Shown piece by piece: positions 38,622 through 51,959 of a DNA stretch of 64,000 bases. The stretch's first letter is position 1; the number at the start of each line of letters is the position of its first letter. Source of the stretch: Octopus bimaculoides. Lineage: Eukaryota. The notes beneath the pieces are model-generated. The model had not been told where the DNA came from. It worked only from the letters and a program-made list of their open reading frames with translations, and made no database searches. The DNA lies in NCBI RefSeq assembly GCF_001194135.2, contig NC_068981.1, positions 19,145,150-19,209,149 of the forward strand. The letters are read 5' to 3'. The position numbers and the translations under genes are program-made.

Positions 38622-38872
38622 CACTGGTTCCCAAAGTGGGCGGTGGAAAGTTCCAAGGGGGTGTTGAAGAAAAGTGGGGTGATAATGGGGTAGCGATTCG
38701 TGTAAAAACAACAAAATAATGGGTTTCTTTAGGTAAAGTTATATTTGTGAAACATAGTTGCTTTGAATTTACTTCAGAAAGAGGTCTACGTTTGTGATGG
38801 TTAGTTGGGGGTGGAGTGCTAGGAATGTGGGTGTCAAGGGGGTGGCAGCCCGAAAAAGTCTGGGAATCACTG
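38622..38872. mobile_element. hAT-like MITE
   Basis: Imperfect TIRs cactggttcccaaa / ctgggaatcactg, with TAGA in both flanks. Confidence 0.55.
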
Positions 38873-38919
38873 CTTAGATACATATACCACCCACAATTGA
38901 CAACTGTTTATAGGCACAG

Positions 38920-39310
38920 GCCTGACGTTATGTTGAGTAGTTTGTTTCCCAACCACATCAGTTTTAGTCACACTGCGCAACACCTAGGGCAAGTGTTTTT
39001 TTACTATAGCTCCTGGTCGGTGAAAGTCTTCTGAGTGGATTTGGTAGATGGAAGCTGAAAGATCATCTGTGTATGCGCGTGTGTGTGTGTGTGTGTGTGA
39101 TTGTGTTTGTGTTTGTCTCCATCACCACCACTTGACAACCGATGTTGGTTTGTTTACATCCCCGTAACCTAGCGATTCGACGTAAGAGACAGACAGTTAA
39201 GTACCGTGCTTTGAAAATTAAATATTTTGGACAGTTCATTCGACTGAAACCCTTCAAGGTCGTGCCCCAGCATGGTAGCAGTCATTGACTGAAAATAGTA
39301 GATGAGAAAA
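38920..39310 (+). mobile_element. Diverged SINE family A
   Basis: gagtggatttggtagatggaagctgaaag, microsatellite, cacttgacaaccgatgttgg. Confidence 0.75.
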
Positions 39311-39649
39311 GATATATATGGAAAACGTTTAAAATATCCCACACAAGACGGTAGACATGGAAAATATTAACAAAATGCGTTTTTCATTTCATATTACATA
39401 TAATTAATTCTAAAGTATATTATTACAATCAAATCTTTTTAGAATACAATATGCATTGAATAACAGATTATCACAATTAAATTATTTTAAAATAGATTAT
39501 TACTTATTCCGAAATATCATTCATAATACGTTACTACAATCAAATTATGTGGGTGGGTGGGAGACAGAGAGTGTGCGTGCGCGCGCGCGCACGTGTGTGT
39601 GTATCTTTACGGGGTGATAGCGCTAAGCAGTGATATACATAAATACAAA

Positions 39650-40155
39650 TTTCATACTAGTTCAAGTATGTTGTTTGTTGTTTGTTCCTTCTTGAGCCAT
39701 GCCTGGCTCATAAGGGCCGGTTTCCCGATTTCATTGGCGTATAGGTTTCCCACCTGGACGGGACGCCGTTTCGACACAGATGTGCTGCTAGATGCAGGAG
39801 GAAAAAGTGAGAGAAAGATGTGGCGAAAGAGTCAGCAGAAGTGCGTTATTACCTTCTGTCGGAGCCGCGTGGAGCTTAGGTGTTTCGCTCATAAACACAC
39901 TTTTATGTCTCAATCTACTGCTATCTAGCACCTTCGGATGATCTCTACTCAACCACTACACGACGGCTACTCAACAGCCACTCAACTCTCTACCAACGGC
40001 TAGACTACCTCTGTTTATATGCCGTGGGTGATCCTACTTCTTCGATTGGGGGCGTCAACGCAACACACACATATAGCCCGGTCTGAGATTCGAATCCACG
40101 ATCCCTCGACCGCGAGTCCGCTGCTCTAACCACTAGGCCATGTGCCTCTACAGTT
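39650..40155 (-). mobile_element. tRNA-derived SINE family E with ~160-bp insertion (39900-40060)
   Basis: Head 40060-40155 and body 39780-39900 match 63770-63970; tail matches 44000-44100. Confidence 0.65.
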
Positions 40156-40615
40156 CAAATACGCTTGAGGCAAAATCGTACCCGTAAGAAAGCCATTCAC
40201 TGGGTTTTGTCATGGAAAAAATTTCTCGCCCTAGACAAATGTGTGTAAATACACCGAGTCACCTAACAGACTGTGGGATGCATGCATTTCAAAGTGGTTA
40301 TCTCCTCTTCAGCCGCAGACACTGGAAAGAGAGGTGCTGCGAACTGACACGAGATAAAGGTCCTTCTTATGATATTCCAGTCATTGCTCAACGACTGACA
40401 GCGCTAAGCAGTGATGAGTGCGCGCGCGCGCGAAGCTTGCTTCCCAACGACATGTAAACCCTCACCCTACTCCCACCCTCCCCCAGCAGTCACCATTCCT
40501 CACCCTGCCCCACCTGACACAGACGCAATTACAGACACACAGGAACCCGAAATTCTCCAATCCCCACCCCCAAAAAGGGAAAAATGTATGGCATTTTATA
40601 TAACAATCGTTTCAG

Positions 40616-40752
40616 AGAGAAAGCAAACTCTCCAGCGTCGGTGGACGCATCGTATTATGCCGAATGTGCCATAGTGAGTGACGAAGATCGGATTGGACTG
40701 ATGAAAAGGTACGGGACGGAGATTGTGGACCTGGAGAAAGAGAGTGATATAA
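40616..40752 (+). CDS. Candidate orphan coding exon, product unknown
   Basis: tttcag| acceptor, |gtaagt donor, open frame EKANSPASVDASYYAECAIVSDEDRIGLMKRYGTEIVDLEKESDI, non-repetitive; no recognisable homology. Confidence 0.3.
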
Positions 40753-41196
40753 GTAAGTTACCACCAACGGTGGCCTTTCACAAACTTTAACATGAGAACG
40801 TTTAACTATAATGAATTAATGTTTTAAAAATTGTGTTAAAAGAGTTAAATGAGGTCAATTGGATCGTGGAGTCAAGTGGCCTTCATTCCAGCTTCCATTA
40901 TTTATAACCATCTTTTTAATTCGTTTTTATTTTCCCCTACTTATGTGTTTGTCTGTCCTTGTATTGTCCCTCTTCGTTTAGCCTCTTGTGGGTAATTACG
41001 AACAAATCTCTACTGTTAACATTTACAATTACTATGAAAAACTTATAGTGGATTACTACTATGAAAATCTCTCAAAGCCTCGTTGGATTACTATATGGAA
41101 ATTTATACAGAGTTCCTACGACTCCTATCTATACCACTATGGATAAACTAATTCTTATAAACACAGATAAACTTTTAAGAACGGATTTCTTCCTTT

Positions 41197-41290
41197 TATA
41201 TCCCTGAAGAATGGTTATGCAACTTCAATATGATTATCGTTTCGATTCCATTTAGATAAGTTATATAATCATGAGACGATCGTAAGAATT
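41197..41290 (+). ncRNA. Degenerate hammerhead-like motif
   Basis: CTGAAGA 41204-10; stem II atggttat/ataatcat; GAGAC instead of GAAAC; palindromic ACGATCGT then A; stem I poor. Confidence 0.35.
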
Positions 41291-41429
41291 TTTATACATC
41301 TTCTTATTCTCTATTGTACATTCCTCTTCTCATCATTTACGCGGTAAAACATTTCTCTATGGTAATATACGTTTTGTTGTGAATATTCCATATATACTTA
41401 TTCCGTTATCTCTTACATTCTAATATATA

Positions 41430-41640
41430 TAGTTGAAATTTATAGAAAAAAATAAGAGAGGAAGACAGGTGTATGAACAGCAAACAGGTGTATTAGTTTG
41501 ACGCTCGGGAAAAGGAAAAAGTCTTTTACGTTTCGAGCCTACGCACTTTAACATAATGGAATAAGACAAAATAAACAGAGAGAGAGTGAAAAAATAGCTG
41601 TAGATTTAGCGGTCAAACATGGCGACTGATTAGTAAAAGA
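41430..41640 (-). mobile_element. PLE terminal repeat with hammerhead motif (family P1)
   Basis: HHR-like atgttaa-a-gtgcgtaggctc-gaaac-gta-aaag at 41523-41558; same strand as and ~400 bp downstream of the PLE ORF at 42050-43385. Confidence 0.7.
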
Positions 41641-42049
41641 GTTTGAAAGAAGAGGTTGGAAGAAAGGGAAATAATAAAGTAATGTTGATCTTACATAAAG
41701 ATGCGCGTGCATGTGAGAATGGTGTGTGTGGATGTGTATGTATGTATGTGTGTGTGTGTGTGAATAGGGGCTACTGACTTTGACGTCTGTGGGTATGTGG
41801 GTGTGTGCGTCTGTAATATGTTGCTGCTCATATAGTGGTATGTGTGGTGACGCTATTGAAGATTGTGTGTGAATGTGTGTGTGGATGATGCTGTGTGGTG
41901 TGGGTGCAGGGAAGTGGTCAGCGTTAGTGTGTGGAGTGGTATGGAGTGGTGTACTGGAGTGGTGGTGTGGAGTGGTGGTGCGGAGTGGTGGTGTGTGGGG
42001 GGTACTATCAATGAAGAGAAGAGGTGGGTAGGAGTGAAGAGAGGAAGTA

Positions 42050-43385
42050 GGTGTCGGAGGAAAAGAGAAGGGAAGTCAGATGAGGAGAAGAGGGGAGTCA
42101 GACGAAGAGAGGAGGAGAGACGAGCCCATGTGGCGCAAAGGAGCGAAGAGAGAAGATGGTCCCTGTGCAAAGACAGTCCGCGATACAGACATGCTGTAGT
42201 AAATGACCGGTGGAGCGGAAATGGCGCGAGACCAGGATGTCATTGCTGAGTCTGATGTCTCGGAGGTGCTCCGTAAACACGTCAGCCAAGCGGCGTCCCG
42301 TTTGACCGATGTACAAGAAGGATAGAAAGAGCAGGAAATGCAGTAAATGACGTTGCTGGAAGTGCAGGTAAAGGAGTCAGTGATGTGATAGAGATGATGA
42401 TGACTGCTTGTGAGGAAGGTGGTGTTGGAGAGATAGGACCAAGTACGGCAGCGTAGGCGGGAGCAGGAGGACAAGCCAGGCTGAGAGGTGGGGCTAGGGA
42501 AGAAACTGTGCACCAGGAGGTGCATTTGAAGGAGGTAAGGGGTAGGTTGGAGAAGATGTGCGAGGTGGAGGGGTCGGACTGAAGTCGCCGGAAGGCTTGG
42601 AGAATGGTACGTTTGAGGAACAGGGTGGAGGAGTTGTAGGTGAAGGGAAATGGGAGTCGGTAACAGTGGGGCGGGTGCGGGGAGGAATGTGCCCTGGCAA
42701 GGGGAGTGTGGATAGTGGTGAGGGGATATCCACGAAGGATGAAGTAGCGAGCCATGATTTGACACTGAGTCTCAAAGTCATGGTTTTCACTGCAGTGCTT
42801 GCGCAGTCGGAGGAATTGGAAGTAGGCGATGGAGAGCTTGGTGTGGGTAGGGTGGGAGGAGGAGAAGTTAAGGTAGGAGTGTGAGTCGGTGTGTTTGTAG
42901 TGGATCGACGTAGTGAGAGCGGAGTGGTGTATACTGATAGACATGTCGAGAAATGCGACGGAAGAGTTAGAAATATTGCAGGGGAATTCGAGGGCAGGAT
43001 GGAAGGATTGGACAAAAGAGAGGAAGGAGTCTAGTTGTTCGCGGCTGAGTGAGGTCGCACCGATACAGTCCTCGATATAACGACAATATATAGTTCGGGA
43101 GTGGAACCAGTGAATCGTGAGAATATCTGGGTCTCAACGTAGCCAACGAACAGGTTCGCATAGTTGGGGCCCATTGTTGTTCCCATGGCCACCCCTGAAA
43201 ACTATTGGTAAAAATCCCCCGCGAACAAGAAGCAGTCGACGGAGCGAAGAAGTTCCGCCAGACGAAGAAGTGTGGAGGTGTCAGGCTGGAGGTTGGGTCG
43301 AAGGTCCAGAAAATGTTTCAGTGCAAGAAGTCCTTCGTTGTGTGGGATCAGCGTATATAAACTCTTGATATCAAAAGTGAAGAGT
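42050..43385 (-). mobile_element. 5'-truncated PLE (Penelope/Poseidon-like) with RT and GIY-YIG domains, pseudogenised
   Basis: [45 protein letters not shown] (43068-79), FLDMSI, YLNFSSSHP, TCTSSNVIYCISC, YIGQTGRRLA; frameshifts. Confidence 0.92.
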
Positions 43386-43448
43386 AGTTTACATGTGTGT
43401 GTGTGTATATATATATATACATGCATACATATACATACATATATATAT

Positions 43449-43540
<92 letters not shown>

Positions 43541-43999
43541 ATGTTTTTAGTCAAGTTACAAAAATACATACTTTAACATTAAGCTGGCGGATTACCTAAT
43601 ACTTTTTAGTAGAGTATTCACATACAAAAGGTTTTCAAGGATAAAGTTTGAGATTGAATTAGAAGTTTCGTTTTGTTTGTCTTCGTCGTATGTGTGTTTG
43701 TATTTCATGCTCTTGATATCCCCTGATGGTGGTAAAAGAATGTCACCGTCATATAAACGGTGTTCTTCGCTTCCATTCCTCCGTGAAACCATTTTGCCGA
43801 CTACGATGTAATATTAGCTTACTTTAATACAGGTGAGAGTTAGAGACAGGAAAGGCATCCGGCCGTAGATAATCTTCCTCAAGGAATTTCGTCTGATCCA
43901 TTCAAGCATGGAAAAATAGACGCTAAAGCAGTGATATAGATGTATGTGTGTGTGCGTGCGTGTATGTGTGTGTACGTATAGTTTCAATATGAAAATAAT

Positions 44000-44275
44000 A
44001 ATAATAAATGCGCCCTTTTAAAGCCTAGCCTGGCACATGGGCCCGATTTCCCGGTTTCAATGGCGTATGCGTTCCCCAGCTGGACGGGATGCCAGTCCAT
44101 CGCAGCGTTACTCCTTTTTGCCAGCTGAGTGGACTGGAGCAACGTGAAATGAAGTGTTTTGGTCAAGAATACAACACGTCGCCCGGTGCAGGAATCGAAA
44201 CCACAAACTTACGACCATGATGCTGACACCCGAACCACTAAGCCACGCGCTTCCACATAGTTTCAATATTGCTTA
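44000..44275 (-). mobile_element. tRNA-derived SINE, head/core B with tail 3
   Basis: tttttgccagctgagtggactggagcaacgtgaaatgaagtgt...ggaatcgaaacc...aaccactaagccacgcgc; different tail at 44000-44105. Confidence 0.85.
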
Positions 44276-45419
44276 CTAAGAACAAAGCAAATCACAAACG
44301 ACGGCGAGAATTCAACGCATATTCTACGGATTAATTGATATATTTTAGCAAAATATTGACTTCAACTGGTGTACGCGCGTTTCGCTCAATTGAGATATTT
44401 CCAACAAGTAAATGAAAAGCAATTTAACCTTACAATATAATGCTGTTGTATCATCAGCCAGTCACATATAAAATCTGAGCAATCATGAAAGTAGGAGAGG
44501 TCGCTTGTATAGAAGTGTGCGATGTTGTTTAGTAAACAATGGAGAATTTATACAGGGATTTATGGCTTTTAAATATTTTGTTTTATAGTGGCTGAGCGAC
44601 ATTTTTAATAGACAACGATGGGAGTTCACTTTCTTTCTTTACTATAGCATGTAATTGTTTTTGAAGTGTTACTTTATTAATGTAAATTTTATTGAAATGA
44701 ATTATGGGTTCATATTCTTACTATGGCACGTAATGCTTTTTTAAATGTATTTTGGATGGAAATATTATTGAAACGGATTATGATCAGTCAGGGATACGCT
44801 GTCATCTGTAAATGTGGATTTTAATGTGGATTTTATTGCAACGGGTTATAGTCAATCAAGGATACAGTGCCTTTTCTATATGGCCTTTGAGCATACTGTT
44901 TTTACTAAAAGGCATTTTCAAAATGTAAAAATATTAGAATATTTATAAGGCTAAATTAATATTTGATTTTAAATTAAATTTTAAAGCGTTTACAAGAGTT
45001 GACATTCGAATGTGATGATTAAACAGAAATTGTTGAGATATAAATTATTTGAGAATTCTAAAATTTAAAAATTTCGAATAATTTGTACAAAACGGTGAAC
45101 TGACTCAGATGAAAATATGAACGAGAAAAGTAAAATGGGAATAAAGACAAGGAAAACAGAAAAACAGGAAAATAAAAGATATCGAAATGATTTATCTTTT
45201 GGGAATTATGATCGGTATTTACATTTCAAAAGTTTTGTATATTGTATGAAGACATGAAAAAATTCTTCCTGGGTGCTTTGATTGTGGATGGTTAGGTGGA
45301 AAATAAAATTTTACCGACCTCAACTATACACGATCTCTTATTTCCATTATAAGACTTGCACATGAGACGATTTCCTCTTCAAATTGAAGTGTGTATTAGT
45401 GATTTTCAACTAACCATAT

Positions 45420-46205
45420 AGATAATGAAAGAGAGGTGTCATTTTCGTATTTCATATTTCGACAAATCTGTGGATGTTGACTGTATCATAAATCAAATGA
45501 GTTATATGTAAGGATAATGTAAATGAATATTGCAAAAGGATTTACAGAAATCAGAGAAGATGAAATTAAAATAGTATTGTTAATGAGAAATACAATCTTC
45601 CACACACGTGGGATCGAAAATTTACTAATGTATCATTTGACATGTATGGGAGCCAACGATTCCACTGTAATCAGTGACATGGCAGGACTCATCTCCTACC
45701 AATGTTGAAAAATATATTCCCACAGGCAGAAGGTAGTATTTATTGTGATGATAGGTTACTAATCACCAAGAAATTAAACGCTCAACAGGGCGATAAGTTA
45801 GGGAAAGACCTACATTTATTATTCAACGAACACAAATTAAATATTACAGTTAAATAGTTCCAAGACATAGCACTAGATTACCCTCATTAATAGCCAAATC
45901 AAACGCTCAACTATATCTATCAAACTAGCCACAAAGCATTATTATCAATATTGTCAAAATACGTCTCTTCAGCTGTCAAATCTATCCGCTAATAAGCAAA
46001 TATTCAACAACTTGGCAACATACAACAATGATACTTACAGGTGAAACAGTGACAATGAAAGCATAGTGTACATCGAAGAAAACAACAGACCAACGAAGAA
46101 TAGCAAAGACAGAAACGTAATACCATATGGCATAAACTTTATTACTTATACTCACTAGCAACAACAACAGGAAAGATTTTCTACAGAGCTTTCGCTAAAA
46201 TTTTC
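45420..46205 (+). mobile_element. Degraded Neptune-like PLE reverse transcriptase
   Basis: NIAKGFTEIREDEIKIVL, SFD-MGANDSTVISDMAGL, SIYCDDRL (45741-52), LSANKQIFNN, KRNTIWH...TTGKIF. Confidence 0.75.
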
Positions 46206-47574
46206 AATCAATTAATAAATAAAACGAAATCTTGAATAAAAAAAAATTAATTCTCATACTTCACTTCCTATTTACAATTCTCTTTCTCCCTTTTTTTCCT
46301 CTCTCTCTCTCTCTTTCACACACACATACATGCGCGCACACACATATATGCTCGCGCGTGCACACAAACACAAACACACACACACATGAATATACACCTA
46401 CGCTTCGTTAACTTTTGAACGAAGTTGTGTAGTTTTGGCACATTAGCAACACAGCTGCTAGTTGCAGCGTGTCAGTGTATCTAAAGAGACATCTACTAGA
46501 ATAAGGTTTAATGAAGATACGGCCATAACAAATGATAGAGTCAATGATATGCGACATACTGTGTTTGCAATGGGGAGGGGAAAAAAAACAGGTATACGAG
46601 AATATACGAACGTGTGAAAAGAGTATGACAGAAATTATGTATGACAAGTGTTGAGGATTAAAAAGGATACAGAAAGTAGGCTTTTTGCACAGGCAAACAG
46701 GACACGTGACAAGGAATTAAATGGACATTTAATGTCTTTCGATTCAAAAGAATAGAAAGTGAACAAAGTAACAATGTGCATATTAGGTAAAACGGATTGA
46801 AGAGAAAAAGTTAATTTTGGATTGAAGGACTATTCTAAAACACACGTAAAAGGAGAGAGTGGAGAGGATTATGAGAAAACGAAATAGAAAACAAGGACTA
46901 AGAACGAGACGAGAGAAAAAAGGAAAAGAGAAAACGAGAGAAAGGCTGTGAGAGACGAAAAAGTGGTGAACAAATAAGACGATGGTGAAGGCAGTTGTAG
47001 AGAAGATGAAGATACATAAGCTGGAAGAATATTTTCAGTCCTACTCTTTGGAGATTTCATGTAAATTTACCAGTCGTCTACCTATGTTTGGAAGCAAAAG
47101 GAAATACTATTTCTAACAGCATGAGAGTTGCAATTAATGATGTGTGTGCATTACACCTTGTAACAGCATTTACCTCAAATGGATATCACAATTTTATCCC
47201 AAGTGCGCCGATGGTCAATCACAAGTTGACAATGAGAATGGGAAAAAATGTGGAAAACCATCAACACAACCCTAGAAATGCCATCGAAATTTATCGTAGC
47301 CTCTTACAGAATTGTATCACTTTTAAAATTTGTATTTTTAAATATTAAAGTATTATGCCTGGTAAATTGAACTTGTAATTTTAATTGAAATTTGAAATAT
47401 ATTGTGGTTTTATGAAAATTAAACCGTGCAATTTATAAGAGTTTTAAATCTGAATATTTTATAAATATAGAAAATTTAAATGTGAAATATTGAGTGAACA
47501 AATTATTTTCTAACTTCTATAGTATTTGAAACCATGAACTAACTTTTCAAAGAGATGACTTTTAAATGATCTTT

Positions 47575-47785
47575 TCTATTATAGGCACAAAACCAGAAAT
47601 TTTGTGGGTGGAGGTTATGTTGATTACATCAACCTCAGTACTTGACTGGTTGTTATTTCATCAATCCTGAAAGGATGAAAGGTTAAGTCGACCTCAGTGG
47701 AATTCGAACTCGGAATGTAACGATGGACAAAGTACTGCTAAGCATTTTGTCTGGCATGCTAATGACTTTACCAGCTTACCAACTT
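47575..47785 (-). mobile_element. SINE family C
   Basis: tataggcacaaaaccagaaat...cctgaaaggatgaaaggttaagtcgacctcagtggaattcgaactc. Confidence 0.8.
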
Positions 47786-49489
47786 GTATAGGATTCTAAT
47801 AAGAACAATATTACAAATACATAATTGCTATGAAAATATACGTGAATATGTGCATGGATATATATATATATATATATATANNNNNNNNNNNNNNNNNNNN
47901 NNNNNNNNNNNNNNNNNNNNNNNNNNNNNNNNNNNNNNNNNNNACACATATCGTTGCTATTATGTTAAACTGTCAAATGTACAAATTTGGCCATTTACAT
48001 TTTCTTTTTACTATTTACTTTTGCTTGTAATAGCCGGCTCTTTTGGTTAAACTATCGTATTTCCAACTGATTCGGATGTCAAAATATCAAAAATTGTCAA
48101 AGTTTAGTACAACGGTTTTGATATAGAATGGTGAAACTATTTTTTTCGTTTTCTGAAAAAGCAACGTTTTGGACTTACGACACTTTTGCATAAAAGCAAT
48201 AATATATATGTATGTATGTATGTATGTCTGCATGTATGTATGCATGTAGATACACACACACACACATATGGATGCATGATATGATGTATGTATATGTGCA
48301 TATGTGTGTGTGTACGTGCATACATGTCTATGTGTGTGTGTGTGTGTGTCTGTCTGTGGCTTAATGAAAAAGATTAAAGAAAATCTCAAAAGAGAAAAGA
48401 AAACAGAGACTGATATGACAAATTGACTATGTTACTGTTTCTCACTCAGACTTCCACTCAAATGCTACTCCTTTACAAATTTCACTCTCTCTATATCTCC
48501 TCTTTTGGCTCATCCTCAGTTTATCCCTAAAGGAACTTATACTCGGGATTTTTTTCTTTTTTTTTTTTTTTGCTTTGATTTTTGTTCATATTTTATTCCT
48601 GATTCCATCTGAGTTCTCTGTGAAATTTAGTAATGATTCATTGAGAAATGGCGGCATTCTTTCAAGAGAAACAGACAATTATCAACATAAATATACATAC
48701 ATACATATATATATAAATACATACACATACATGCATATTATATATGCACACACTCTCTCTCTCTCTCTCACACACACACTCACGCTCACACACACACACA
48801 CACAAACACACATACAGGTGTACATATATACACACATACATGTATATGTCGGTATATATGAATATATACCTACACATACACATATATACTCATATATACC
48901 TACATATACATGTGTGTGTATATATATGTACAACTATGTGTGTGTGTGATTAAGTAGGTACGTATATATGTGTCTGTGATGCAAATTTATCTCTGACATA
49001 CCTTCCATTAAAACTCTGTTTCAGAGTAGTATTAGAAAGCCAGTCTGTTGATATTTATAGTGTCAAACGTCTGAGTGGTAAAAGTGAAACACAGCTTCTG
49101 TTGCAATTAAAAGTGATTTCATTGAACTTAACCGTACTAGTAACACTGGAGAAAGCTTACATATTACTATGCTACATTTTTCAAAAGTACATTTACACAT
49201 ACATATATACACACAATCTTGCATGTACGTGTATACATGCACCAGCAAATACACAGAAATACTTTGTGTGATAAAGAAACCCATATTTATAATCAAAGAG
49301 TAAATCTTAAGATATTCAGATATCACTATCAAAATATTAGCGGTTTTACCTCAGGTAACTCTTGATCAAATACACCTGCAATCAAAAGGAAAGGCTTTCC
49401 AACCAAAACCATTCAGCCTTTTTCATGTGTGCAGGGATCTCAGGACAATATTAATCAATAGATTAACATGGTTGTTGCCTTACAAAAAG

Positions 49490-49680
49490 TACCGATGCTG
49501 GTGCCATGTAAAATATTCTCAGTATACTCTGTAAAGTGGTTGGCATTGGAAAGGGCATTCAACTGTAGAAACCATACTAAACCAGACGATGGAGCTTAGT
49601 ATGACTCTCAGCCTTGCCACCGTCTGTCATACTGTCTGGCCCATGCCAGCATGGAAAATGAACGTTAAATGATAATAATA
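49490..49680 (+). mobile_element. RTE tail-only copy
   Basis: gtggttggcattggaaagggcattcaactgtagaaac...ccatgccagcatggaaaatgaacgttaaatgat. Confidence 0.75.
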
Positions 49681-51464
49681 GTGGTGGGATTATATTTTAA
49701 AAGCTTCTGCACAGGATGAGGACTGCTCAGCTACATTGGTGGTAACGGCTGAAATACACAATAAGAAATGAAAGACCAATTAAAGCTAACGAGGGACAGA
49801 TGATCAGGTGGATCATAGTGAAATACATCTCAGCTGTAGCCACTTGAAGAAGAAAGCAAAGAGAGTATATCTAGTGTCAATGACTAGATATAATATAGAT
49901 CAAGTATATCTATGCCATTAATGTTTAGATATGATTACAGAAATGGCGTCCACTCTGTCAGTGGTTAGATATAAAATTGTGAAAGGATGTTTATATTGTC
50001 AGCGGTTTGATATGGTGGAAAGAGAGAGGATATCTACAATATCATTGATTATAATGGTATAGAAAGGGGGTATCTATTCTGTCATTTGTTAGATATACTA
50101 CAACCATTTTAGACAGAACAGACAGGTGTTGTAAGTATTGTAATTGTCTTGAGGATTCGTGAATCAAACTTCAGAGTTTGTAGCTTTCATAACTTTGGTT
50201 GGACCAGAGAAATATCTCCACAATTCCCAAATGATATATTGGACTATCTGAATTGTGAGATATTGAACTAAACAGTAGAACCAAATGTATAGTTCTATTT
50301 CGTAGTGATGACATTGTTGTCACGGTGGTGTTTATTTCAAGTCCAGTGATCTCGATCGTTGAGAATTAAACATCTTGACCATCGACTCAACTCAGTTCTG
50401 TTGACAAGATATGAATTTGTGACTTCTCAACTCTCTATGTTCTCAATATAATTAAATTTGTGAGCAACGTGGAACAAGACGAAAGTTGCATAACAGACCT
50501 GCTTTATCATATGTTTTATGCAATTTTTATTCTCATTTGAAAACTATGAAAGCAATTAGCAACTTCAATAAAGTGAAATAAAGTCATGCTGGTCACGACA
50601 TCGTTTCACTTCTAAAATATATGTTTTGTGTCTAACTTCAAAAAAGATAATAAAATATAATTAATAATAGGTTTTTCAGTAATAGCTTAACGTAATTTTT
50701 AATTAATAGTTGTCAAATAGAGAAACTTGCCTTCTCTCTCTCTCTCTCTCTCTCTTTGATTTTTTTTTTTTGGTACTTTTTATCCTTCCAGTACTACATG
50801 TAACAAATTGTAAAATTGCTGCTTGTCAGCTTTCTCTCTTGACAAAATCTACATACAGGGCTGGCAACATATTTTATGAACTTAGTGTAATCTCAGCCAC
50901 AAGCCAATAATTTATTTCATCTAGTCTGCTTTTATTCCAATTACCAATGAAATCTCTAAGCATTTCACTGCTGTTCAATATTAAGCTAAAGAATTATGGT
51001 AGAAAATTAACAGAAATAGTAGATTGCCAGATTAAAACTATTTTTCATCTATCAATATATGTCAGACACAATGTCTTTTAAAGCTAATAATGCCTGAGGG
51101 TATCTCCTAATTACCAAAATGGTGTAGCAACTGAATGTGGGGACAATATTTATATTTGCCTATAAAGCACAAGCAGCATTAAAAACAGCCATTTGAAATT
51201 CTCAGTCGTAGCCTCTTGCTTGAAGAAACCAAGAAAACACCTGTATCAGTGGGTTAAATCAAACCCCAGTATTTGACTGGTATTTTACTATATTGACTCT
51301 GAAGGTAGCAAAGTAAAGATGTCCTCAGTAGGTTTTGAACATAGAATATCAACGGCTGGAACAAGTATGAGTATGGCAATTTGTCCAGTGGCCTAATACT
51401 TCTACCAAATAACCTGCAAGACTAAATGACATCCAACAATCATATCAGATCTCCGGGTACTCTC

Positions 51465-51915
51465 TTTTACTCTTTTACTTGTTTCAGTCATTTGACTGTG
51501 GTCATGCTGGAGCACCGCCGTTTTTTAGTCGAACAAATCGATCCCAGGACTTATTCTTTGTAAGCCTAGCACTTATTATATCAGTCTCTTTTTGCCGAAC
51601 CGCTAAGTTACGGGCATGTAAACACACNNNNNNNNNNNNNNNNNNNNNNNNNNNNNNNNNNNNNNNNNNNNNNNNNNNNNNNNNNNNNNNNNNNNNNNNN
51701 NNNNNNNNNNNNNNNNNNNNNNNNNNNNNNATATATATACATATATATACATATATACGACGGGCTTCTTTCAGTTTCCGTCTACCAAATCCACTCACAA
51801 GGCTTTGGTCGGCCCGAGGCTATAGTAGAAGACACTTGCCCAAGGTGCCACGCAGTGGGACTGAACTCGGAACCATGTTGTTGGTAAGCAAGCTACTTCC
51901 CACACAGCCACTCCT
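51465..51915 (-). mobile_element. Full-length SINE family A with N gap in its central microsatellite
   Basis: 3' half 51465-51627, gap 51628-51730, head/body 51731-51915. Confidence 0.9.
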
Positions 51916-51959
51916 ACGCACGAATTTCAGTAACTTTGTGGAATTGACCCTATTTAGTA

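Noticed and set aside
40706-40745. CTGATGA...GAAA inside the candidate exon as a hammerhead
   Set aside because: Stem II is offset, and stems I and III cannot be formed.
43722-43765. ctgat-ggtgg-taaaagaatg-tcacc as a hammerhead next to the PLE 5' end
   Set aside because: Stem II-like pairing exists, but both catalytic boxes are incomplete.
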